DNA of 47,879 nt, from assembly GCF_004010195.1 (NCBI RefSeq), contig NC_057755.1, positions 5,445,789 to 5,493,667 of the forward strand, read 5' to 3'. The stretch is from Chiloscyllium plagiosum (Eukaryota). The stretch's first letter is position 1. Each line of letters opens with the position of its first letter. The notes below the pieces were generated by a model. The model was not told where the DNA came from, searched no databases, and worked only from the letters and a program-made list of their open reading frames with translations. Shown here piece after piece: positions 37,755-47,879 of this stretch. The position numbers and the translations under genes were made by a program.

Positions 37755-37984
37755 CTGAAAGACACAGGAGGTTAAATGCAAATCAGAAATTAATGATCAA
37801 ACATTCTCTGCTTCGGTTCAGAGAGCAACAGAAGTTCTCAGCACCTAACAGGGGCAACTGGAAGTGTTCAGATATGGAGTTTGAATATGACATCTTTAAT
37901 GGCCTGACACATTGTTTGAAGCAGCTCAATCTTGTGTTTGATTAATTGTGGGCAGGCAATCAACAGATGGCAGAGAGCATTATT

Positions 37985-38260
37985 TTTAAGATGAAAGGGA
38001 AGAGGTTAAGGGGGGTCTGAGCAAGATGTTTTCACCCAGAGACTGGTGACGGCGTGGTAATTCATTGCCTAGGAGAGTCGTGGAAGCAGGAAACCTCACA
38101 AACTTCAAAAACGACCTGGATGAACACTTGAAGCGTGACAGTATGTGAGACTACACGTATAGTACTAGAGGCTGGGGCGGGTATAGATTTCGTGCAGCTT
38201 TTATAGCACGAACTGGGTGGAACGAAGGACTTCTTCGGTATCGTTGGATTCTATTATTCT
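37985..38260 (+). mobile_element. Old CR1 3' end fragment
   Basis: TTTTCACCCAGAGACTGGTG..GTGGAAGCAGG..CTGGATGAACACTTGAAG and an ATTCT-type tail. Confidence 0.7.
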
Positions 38261-38619
38261 AAGAATCACTTCTGGGGCAAGATTGGTTATTGAAGCATTT
38301 TAATGTAATGACTGAAAGGGTTTTGAATGCTTAGAACATGAAACAGAATCAGATATAAATGGCAAAAACCAACAGGTATGCCAGCATCTGTGGAATCAGA
38401 AACAGAGTTAGTGGAATCACTGTTCATCAGAGCATTTTCATCTAAACATGGGTCATTGAACTCAAAACATCATCTCAGGTTTCTGCCCACAAAAGATTCT
38501 ATCAGTTCAACCAAAAACACAGGGATTCGTTTCTAACAGGGAAATGAGGTTGAAAGTGTTGATATTCAACTACACTAGAACATTTGGTAAACTGCTCTTC
38601 ACTTACCGGGCACAGTTGG

Positions 38620-41600
38620 AGTCATGAGATGTACAACACAGAAACAATTTGTAGGACAAATTGTTCATATAGTTCAGATATCCTAATTTAATGTAGTCTC
38701 GTTTGCCCCATCTCCCTCTAAAATCATTCTAAACATTTACCCATCCAGATAACTTTTAAATGTAATTATACCAGCAACCATCACGTCCTCCAACAGATCA
38801 TTCCATGCATGCACCATCCTTTGCATGAAAAAGTTCCCCTTCAGGTCCCTTTTAATATTTTTCCCCTCTCACTCTAAATCTATTCGCTTTAATTTTGGAC
38901 TCCCGCAACTCATAGAAAAGAACATTTCCACTTACCTTGTCCATGCTCCTTATGGTTTTATAAACATCTAAAAGTCACCCATAATGCCTCCGAAACTCCA
39001 GGGGAAACAACCCCAACCTACTCAGCATTTCCTCATAGCTCAAATACTCCAATCCAGGCAACATCATTATGAATCTTTTCCGAACCGATTCAAGTTTCAA
39101 GACATCCTCCCTTTTGGAGGAAGACCAGAAATGCACACAATATTCCAAAAGTGGCCGGACCAATGTCCTGCACAGACACAACATACTCTCCCAATTCAAG
39201 TACAAAGTGCTCTGAACAATACAGGAAAGTATACCAAGAGTCTTCTTCACCATCCTATCGACCAGAGACATCATTTTCAAGGATCAATGATCCTGCACTC
39301 CAAAATCTCTTCTTTCAGCAACATTCTTCAGGACCTTATCATTAACCGTCCATGTCCTACTCTGATTTGCCTTTCCAAAATGTCGCAGCTCACATTCATT
39401 TGAATTAAAATCTATCTGCCACTCCTCAACCAACTGGCCCATCTGATCAAGAACAGTTGTACACTGAGAAAAACCTTTGGCTGACCAACCCAACTCTAAT
39501 TTAGGTGGCATCTGCAAACTTACTAACTTTATCTCCAATGTTCACATCCAAAGCATGTATATGAATGAGGAAACGCCGTGGATTCAGCCCCGATCCTTGT
39601 GGTACACCCCTTGCCACAGGCCTCCAATCTGAAAAGCAACCCTTCACTACCACATTCAGTCTTCTACCTTCAAGTGACTTCTGTTCAAAATGTTGTGTCT
39701 CCATTAGTTCAATGTAATCTAACCTTGCTAACGACTCTACCATGAGGAAACTGATTGAATGTCTTCCTGAAGTCCATATAGATCACATTCGCGGTTCTAT
39801 GTCATCAATCCTCTTCATAACTTCTTCAAAAAACAGAATCAAGTTCGTGAGTTATATTTTCCTATGCACAAGGCCATGTTGACTGTCTTTAATCAGTCAC
39901 TGCCAATTAAAATACATGTAAATTCTCTCCCAGAGGATTCCCTCCAATAACTTCCCCACCATCAATATCAGATACACCAGTCTATAGATCCCTGGCTTTT
40001 CCTTACGAACTTTCTTAAATAGTGGCACCACGATAGTCGACCTCCAATCTTCTGGCATCTCACCTGTGACGATTGATTATACAAATATCTTAGCAAGGTG
40101 CCTAGCAATCACTTCCACAGCTTCCCAAAGAGTTCCAGGGTAAATCTGATCAGGTCCTTGGGATTTATCCACTTTTATACGTTTTACGACATCCAGCGCC
40201 GCCTCTTCTGCAATATGGACAATTTTCAAGAAATCACCATCTCTTCCCCCAAATTCTCTAACTTCCATGTCTTTTGCCACAGTAAATAATGATGCAAAGA
40301 TACTCAATTAGTATTTCCCCCATCCCCAGCATTTCCACACATCGGCTACCTTGCTGATCTATGCCGGATCCTATTTTCTCTTTAGTTAGGCTTTTGTCCT
40401 TAATATATTTATGAGACCCCATTGTTTTCTCCTTAAACCTATTTACAAAAGCCAAATCATGTCCCATTTTTGATCTCCTGATTTCCCTCCGAAGTATACA
40501 TCTTTATACTTTTCTAAGCATTCACTCGACCTCTGCGATCTATATCCGAAATATGTGTCATTCCTTCTCTTACCAAAACATCAAATTCTTTCGTCATCCA
40601 GCATTCCCTACACTTACCAGCCTTGCCTTTCATCCGAACAGGAAGATACTGTCTCTGGACACTCGTCTCATGGTTAAGGTTTCCCATTCTCCCCTGTCCC
40701 TTCACCTGAGAACATCTGTCCCCAGTCAACCTTTGAAAGTTCTTACCTGGTACCATTGAAATTGGCTTTTATGTAATTTTAACTTTTAGCTCCGGTCTAT
40801 CCTTTTCCATCAGTGTACGAAAATTAAGAGAATTATGGACGCTGGCTCCAAAGTGCTTCCCAACTCACAACTCAGTCACTTGCCCTGCCTTATTTTCTAT
40901 ATTTTGTGGCTTATCTAGTCGGCCCATTCACATACTGAATCAGAAAATGTTCTTGTACACACTTACCAAATTCCTGTCTATCTAAACCCTTAACACAACG
41001 GATGTCTCAGTCTCTGTTTGGAAAGTTAAAATTCCCTACCATTCCCACTCTATTGTTCTTACAGAGATCAGAGATTGCCTTACAAAGTTTCCCTACAAAT
41101 TCCCGCTGACGGTGGGGAATGTGTCCATAATACAATCCTAATTAGGTGATCATTCCTTTCTTATTTCTCAGTTCAACCCACAAGACTTCCCTGTACTTAT
41201 TCCGAGGAACATCCTATAAGTACAGCCGTTATGCCATTCCTTATCAAATACACAACTTCTCCTCTTCTCTTCCTCCCCCTTTCTTTCCTTCCGACAGCCT
41301 TTGTATTCTGCAGCATGAAGCTGCCAGTCCTGCCCACCCTAAGCCACATCTCCACAATTGCTATGATTTCTAAATCCCATTTTTCTAACCATTCCCTAAG
41401 TTCGTCTGCCTCGCTTGTTTGAAATCTTGTACTGAAATAAATTCAGTTTAATTGATCAGTCCTAACTCGTTCTCTGCTTTGTTCCTGCCTGCCCTGACTG
41501 TTTGACCGAATCCTTTTCCCAAATGTACCAGTCTCATACTGACATTTTTCTCACTATCTCCCTGGGTCCCACCCAGTCCACTGGTTCCCCGCCCCCACCA

Positions 41601-43775
41601 CACCCCGACCTTATNNNNNNNNNNNNNNNNNNNNNNNNNNNNNNNNNNNNNNNNNNNNNNNNNNNNNNNNNNNNNNNNNNNNNNNNNNNNNNNNNNNNNN
41701 NNNNNNNNNNNNNNNNNNNNNNNNNNNNNNNNNNNNNNNNNNNNNNNNNNNNNNNNNNNNNNNNNNNNNNNNNNNNNNNNNNNNNNNNNNNNNNNNNNNN
41801 NNNNNNNNNNNNNNNNNNNNNNNNNNNNNNNNNNNNNNNNNNNNNNNNNNNNNNNNNNNNNNNNNNNNNNNNNNNNNNNNNNNNNNNNNNNNNNNNNNNN
41901 NNNNNNNNNNNNNNNNNNNNNNNNNNNNNNNNNNNNNNNNNNNNNNNNNNNNNNNNNNNNNNNNNNNNNNNNNNNNNNNNNNNNNNNNNNNNNNNNNNNN
42001 NNNNNNNNNNNNNNNNNNNNNNNNNNNNNNNNNNNNNNNNNNNNNNNNNNNNNNNNNNNNNNNNNNNNNNNNNNNNNGAGCAGCTCTAGCAAATCTCCCT
42101 GCTAGTATATTCGTCCCCTTCCAATTCAGATTCAATCCGTCCTCCTTGTACAGGTCATTTCTCCCACAGGTTCCAACGAGAGCAAAGTGTGAACCCTTGT
42201 CCCCTGCACCAGTACCTCTTCCACACATTCATCAGCTCTATCGCCTTGTCCTACGCTCACTACCTTGTGTCACTGAGAATTATACAGGTATGACTACGCT
42301 CAAGAACCTCCTTTTAACTTCCTGCCAAACTTATCATATTCTCCCTTCAGAATTGCACCTTTTTTTCCTTCCTATGTCGTTAGTTCCAATGTGCATAATG
42401 ACCTCCTGCTGGTGCCACGCCATTTTGTGAATATTCGGCACCTTCTCCAAGAGATCCTTAATCCTTTCAGCAGCAAGAGAGCCCTCCATTTTTATTTATC
42501 GCTCTTGGCCACAGAAATATCTATCTGAGCCTTTGACTACTGGAACTGATCGCTTGGAAACTGACGTACTGCTTGTTACATTAGAGCCAGACTTGGTACC
42601 AGAAACGTGGCTGTTCGTGTTGCATTCCCCTAACAGTCTATCACGCCCTATATTTTCCACAAGAGCACACTTGTTTAAAATGGGTGTAGTCACCGGAGAC
42701 TCCTGGACTACGTGCCTTCCTTTCCTAACTTTCCTGGTAGTAACCCATCAAACTGATTATATCTGTGGTTATTCTCTCTTCCTATAAGTGCTATCCATCA
42801 CACCCCGACCTCCTATAAATTCCTCATTGCGTCAAGCTGCTGCTCCAATCCAATCCATGCGATCTGATGGGATTCAAAACCGAACACACTTACAGTAGAT
42901 CCTTATCATCAATAACATGGAAGTTGTCCAGAAAACCCCACATCCGACAGGAAGATTATATTACTCTACTAAAGGCCACCATTGCAGCTGAGCAATCTGC
43001 AGATCCAGAAATTATCACCGTCTTACTGCGCCTAAAGGCACAGCTCCAGGCTAACCTTTTGCCTATGCTTTTTATTATCACATTTTCGTCAAGAAACAGA
43101 CCTGAATAAAACATAAAACCAAAAAAACTCACTCTATCACTTAAGTAGATTTACACAAAAATGTCAGCAAGATTACAAGTAAAAGCCTGTGCTGAGAATT
43201 CGCCCACACAGGTTCCTCCTGTGATTTTCGCGTTGTTGCATTTTCCTAGATGCACTCTGATCCCCAGAAATACATGAACTCTAAAATCAAAGGGAGAAGC
43301 TGTGTCGATTCACTGCAGTGGCAAAAGTGAGGACTGCAGATTTTGGAGGTTTAGAGAGAAATGTGCAGTGTTGGAAAGCGCAGCAGGTCAGGCAGCATTT
43401 GAGAAGCAGGGAAATCGACGTTTTGGACATTCCTGATGAATGGTTTTTGCCCACAACTTCTATTTTCTTGCTTCTCGGATGTTGTCTGACATGCTGTCCT
43501 TTTCCAGCACTTCACTGCTGTGTCAGACAGCAGTTCAGGTTTCTCTGTCTCTCGCTTTCGCTGACCATGTGATCTCTAACTTTGTCTTTCTCCCTCCTTT
43601 TTAAAATGCCGTTGTTTAGGTCTTTCTTTTTCCCACATTTCGAAAACAATTCAATAGCTTAAAAAATAATGATTACTCTTCCTGGAGTTAATGGAAATCA
43701 GCTCTGCCACGGAAGATCCCGCAAAAAACGGAGCAGCTCTTACAGCTTCAATCTTTGCCCGTTCTCCACATAGAA
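38620..43775 (-). mobile_element. Near full-length decayed CR1 LINE (ORF1 esterase, ORF2 EN-RT) in the GPCR intron
   Basis: ORF2 motifs RGVPQGS.L.P..FLI, VSKFAD, TLVRPLLEYCVHFWS, DKSQGPDQIYP; ORF1 SGNH-like DLYKEDGLNLNWKGTNILAGRFA; spans gap 41615-42077. Confidence 0.88.
43321..43510. mobile_element. Inverted (head-to-head) pair of short Penelope-derived elements
   Basis: Minus copy about 43321-43428, then CTGATGA-headed plus copy; TSD TTCACTGC(A/T)GTG at 43309-43320 and 43511-43522. Confidence 0.75.
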
Positions 43776-44437
43776 TTACCGAGAATCGGCTGGTCACTAC
43801 AGTATAAAAATCATGAGTTGTTGCACCTGTGAAGATAGTATTATTATTTGACGGCTAATGCTAACAGATCACCGAAATATTTGTTTCATCATTAAAGGCA
43901 CAAACCACGATAGAAGCCCCCTGTCTGTGAGTCAATGTACTCAGCTTTAAACCATCGCTTCAGAGATTTTTCTTGTCCCAACACTTCTGTCTGGGACCAA
44001 CACAACATTTTCATTCGAAGGCAATGTAATTTACTGAAACTCTCATTTCCTTCGCCTGAGCATAGATCTACACATCCAATCATTTCCAGAGTCTGACTGA
44101 ACTAAAATAAATGACAAAAATTAGATCAGTGAAAGCAAATCTTTCTCAGTTAAGTGTTTCTTCCTCCATTGCTTATTCCAGAACGCTTCAACAAATCTTT
44201 CAGACTCCAATAACACCATGCTGGGTTCCAACCATCAAAAAGGAACACAGGTTCACTCATGCACAAAGCCATTTAGCCGAAAGCCAAACCTCAAACGCAT
44301 TTTTTAAAACAATTTAATGTTATTGCAGAAATAACTTCAACTTCAGATGCACAGAGAAGCCTACTGCTTATTCACTCAACAAATCAGAACAACATGCAAA
44401 CTAACTGATTTTGCAAACTCGACATAAAAATACCACG

Positions 44438-46135
44438 TTAAAAATCACAAAACACCAGGTTATCGTCCAACAGGTTTAATTGGAAGCACACTAGCTTTCT
44501 GAGCGACGCTCCTTCATCAGGTGGTACTGGAGTGCTCGATCGTCACTCTGGAAATGATTGGATGTGTAGATCTATGCTCATGCGAAGGAAATTAGAGTTT
44601 CAGTAAATTACATTGCCTTCGAATGAAAATGTTGTGTTGGTCCCAGACAGAAGTGTTGGGACAAGAAAAATCTCTGAAGCGATGGTTTAAAGCTGAGTAC
44701 ATTGACTCACAGACAGGGGGCTTCTATCGTGGTTTAAACACAAGTATTGGAGGGGTGGGGAATGTCTTGGTGAGGTGCTCATTCTCATTGATAATGTGTT
44801 GCAGGTCACGAAGAACATTGCGTAATTTTTCAGCCCCTGGGAATGAGGATGAGCACCTCACCAAGACCTTCCCCAAACCTCCACTACTTGTCTTAAAACA
44901 ACCACCAAACTTCAAACAGATCATTGTTCGTAGCAAACTGCCCGGCTATTCCATACAACCTTGTCACGGTGGACGCTGCAAGACGTGTCAGAATGTCGAC
45001 ACGGATACCACTATTACGCATGGGATCATCTCCCACCTTGTACATGGCAGGTACTCATGTGACTCAGCCAACGTTGTCTATCTTATACATTGCAGGCAAT
45101 GATGCCCGGAGGCATGGAACATTCGGGAAACCGAGCAAAGGCTAAGACAACGGATGAATGGGCACTGAACAGCAATCAAAGTTGGGGAACACTTCAGTGC
45201 TCCAGGACATTCAACCTCGGACCTTCGGGTGACCATCCTCCAAGTTGGACTTCGGGACAGGCAGCAAAGGAAAGTGGCTGAGGAGATGCTGCTTGCTACG
45301 TTCTGTACCCATAAGGAGGGACTCAACCGGGACCTTGGCTTCATGTCACATTTCAGGGGTTTACTATTGCACTACACACACATAGAGATATTCCTACACC
45401 CACACACTCTCACATACACACGGCCACAGGGACACACAGACACCCACACACACGCTAATAGACACACACACTCCCACAACCACACATGCACCCCATCACA
45501 GACTTAAGACACTCTGCACTCACGACACACGCACACACACACACTTTCTCACACTCACAACCCCCACCCCAGACAGACACACACAGACAAAGACGCACAT
45601 GCACACATATATATTGTTGGGTGTATTTGTACTTGCAGAGTTACATTGCACTTTGCTCAAAAACTGCATACATTCATGTAGAACTCTGAGCTCCGAAACA
45701 GCATGAATTTATGTAAAACTCTGTTATATCACTTTTTCGATTAGAATCAATCTAAACATCAGGTCATAGACAGAGAACACAGGGGGCTAACTCCTTCAAC
45801 ATATTGTCCAGCTATCACCATTGTAAACAGCTAATCCGAATATGCAACTTTAGAAAAAATGTATTGTGATTTACACATGAAAGAATTGAAACTATTACTG
45901 TATTCTAACAGATGAAAGGCTTAACAGACAATCAATTTTTCAATGTATTTTAGTTACATCACACTGCAAATTTTTGCTATAAATTCTGTGTTACGGTCGA
46001 GCCCTCCAATATCACCTGATGAAGGAGCGTCGCTCCGAAAGCTAGTGTGCTTCCCATTACACCTGTTGGACTATAACCTGTTGTTGTGTGATTTTCAACT
46101 TTGTACACCCCAGTCCAACGCCGGCATCTCCAAAT
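44438..46135 (+). mobile_element. Penelope-like element, 5' truncated and rearranged, with GIY-YIG endonuclease remnant and pLTRs
   Basis: PC..GRCKTC..YSCDSANVVYLIHCRQ*CP...ETEQRLRQRMNGH (44842-45357); 3' pLTR about 46010-46135; inverted pLTR 44438-44526; TSD CATAAAA(A/G)TACCACG at 44423-44437 and 46136-46150. Confidence 0.9.
46016..46044 (+). ncRNA. Minimal hammerhead ribozyme motif in Penelope pLTR
   Basis: CTGATGA-A-GGAGC-GTC-GCTCC-GAAA-GCTA: conserved cores around stem II with a palindromic AGCT in place of a stable stem III. Confidence 0.65.
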
Positions 46136-46452
46136 CATAAAAGTACCACGGCCTCCATTTTTACAAAGTGATTCATTTTATTAATTCCACCGAAAATCTT
46201 TATAGTCTTCGATTAAAATGGGGATTTCTGGATGGTTCCCAGCAGAGAAGAATAATTTTCCAAGCAATTCCTGCAGAATCTGCGATGATGTGGATTTCAC
46301 GGCATCCCTGCAATCTGAGACTTAATTACTGATTGTCTGCCACTGTGTGACGTTTGGGCACAATATGGCCAGGTATCACTGTCAGTGTCTGAGGAAATCC
46401 GCAGAGATTCCTTAGACATATTCACACAAACTGATCGGTGCAAGGCACTTAC

Positions 46453-46519
46453 CAGGAATTGTTACAAACGGAAGGGTCGTAATAAATATTTTCCACACAT
46501 CAGAAATTGAAAACGTCAT
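46453..46519 (-). CDS. Exon 1 of the GPR139-like GPCR
   Basis: ATG..MTFSISDVWKIFITTLPFVTIP+G then GTAAGT; 67 nt + 866 nt = 933 nt, in frame, 310 aa; a paralogous dead exon lies at 30663-30729. Confidence 0.85.
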
Positions 46520-46795
46520 TTTCTTCCTCAATCACTTTGTGATGTCAAGTTCTCTTTACTCAATGCCGGGGTAATATAATCTCAAAGCCTTTCATTTATT
46601 TCTGCTGGCACCGTCTGGGCGGCTGTTGCATTACAATATGGTTCAATTAATTTATTTACAAAACTGAACAAACAGGTGACAGCGGTGAGTTAACTCTCAA
46701 TTGTCACAGAGCATTTTTAGAACTGATGTTAATTGGATGATGCAAATCTCAATTGGACGATAGCAAACATTGGAAAATGCATATTGAAGAAAATC

Positions 46796-46930
46796 ATAGA
46801 ATCCTTACAATGTGTAAGTGGGCGAATTGGCCCATCGAGTCCACACCGACCCTGCAAAGACTATCCGACCCAGACCCACCCACTGTCCCTGTGAGGCAGC
46901 AGAGATAAGCACTGAGCCACTGTGCCAACC
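46796..46930 (-). mobile_element. Internally deleted HE1-type SINE
   Basis: GGCCCATCGAGTCCACACCGACC tail joined to CTGTGAGGCAGCAG..CACTGAGCCACTGTGCC head. Confidence 0.65.
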
Positions 46931-47879
46931 TGTTCACCAGCATTGACACCCCAACACCATCTCTGAAATCTCATTTGACTTCAATGTCATCCTTCCCTTG
47001 CCTTTCACAATTTGAAAATTAAATTGCAGTTGTTGAGTGTCTCTCTCTGAGAAGTGTTCTCCTCAACACTGGGATGTGGCTTCCCTGGTTATCAGCGGCT
47101 GCTCTGTGAAAGGATGATAGTTGGTTAATGGAGACGACACATTGTATGTTTTAAGGAATCAAACATCGTGATCGAATTCCTCCGCCTCCACCGATACAGC
47201 GTCTGAATCAAATATAACCTCTCCAGGGCAGGAAATAATTGAAATCAATAAAATAATCACTGAAAATTGCCCTCAAAGGCGATTCAAACTCCAATCAATA
47301 AAAATCCTTCTACTGGGATACGAATGTCCTGGACATTTTGCAGAGCTGACTCTGAGACACACCTAACCTGTGCAGAAGCACATGAGCCTGAGTCATTCTC
47401 CCTTCCCTGCAGTGTACTGAGCATGTATAGAGAAGAAACTTCAAACATCTGACTGATGGTGGATTGGAACTGTTTCAAGCAAGATGTAGGTATGAGGCTA
47501 GGGAGGCATTTGCACACTCAAGGATGCAGAAATTTGAAATTCTGGAAATGTTTGAGCAGGAGTCAATGTTGTCAATGAGCCCTGTAGTGATGGGGAATTG
47601 GGAATTGCTGTGAGGACTGATAAAGTACAGAAAACAGAGAGCAGGAATAAATCTGTCATATTCATGTTCTTCAGCTGATATTAGTGAGTACCGCAATTAT
47701 CATTCCTCGTGTCACAGCCATTCATAATCTGTCTCCATGACTGAGGTGATAGGATCATGTGTTACGTTGGTGATAACATAATGGTAGGTGGACAGGAACG
47801 GAGGAGAGAGGAAGACTGAGAAAGGGATGGGCAGGTTCAGTGAGTGAATGAGCACAAAAATAGTCTGTGCAATATAATG

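Noticed and set aside
38601..38625. Alternative GPCR exon 1 (ATG ACT CCA ACT GTG CCC G/GTAAGT, phase 1)
   Set aside because: Only six codons, ATG comes from the CR1 tail and TM1 would be incomplete; the 46453-46519 exon fits better and has a paralog. A cryptic donor cannot be excluded.
44623..45102. 159-aa ORF as a new chimeric gene
   Set aside because: Chance read-through of captured flank, inverted PLE and EN fragment; stops before the nuclease motif is complete.

Overview
Eukaryotic, repeat-rich genomic DNA. The V-SINE/HE1, SacSINE-type, CR1 and Penelope repeats and an expanded GPR139-like receptor family point to a cartilaginous fish, probably a shark (inference). There are four N gaps: 9796-10295, 21338-21460, 35844-36343 and 41615-42077. 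The first 24.3 kb is an array of at least four copies, in alternating orientation (-,+,-,+), of one decayed class I (epsilon/gamma-like) endogenous retrovirus. That ERV has a tRNA-His primer-binding site, a long repeat-containing leader, gag remnants, protease and RT deleted, RNase H and integrase remnants, a recognisable env and one 3' LTR. The right half holds LINE, SINE and LTR debris, a rearranged GPR139-like pseudogene (about 30.0-30.7 kb) and an apparently intact two-exon GPR139-like GPCR gene (minus strand, 46519-46453 joined to 37754-36889, 310 aa). Its intron carries a near full-length CR1 and a composite Penelope insertion. The window also shows repeated templated copies of nearby DNA and many short elements with minimal hammerhead ribozyme motifs. 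All alignments were made by eye, and repeat boundaries are approximate unless a target-site duplication or junction is quoted.
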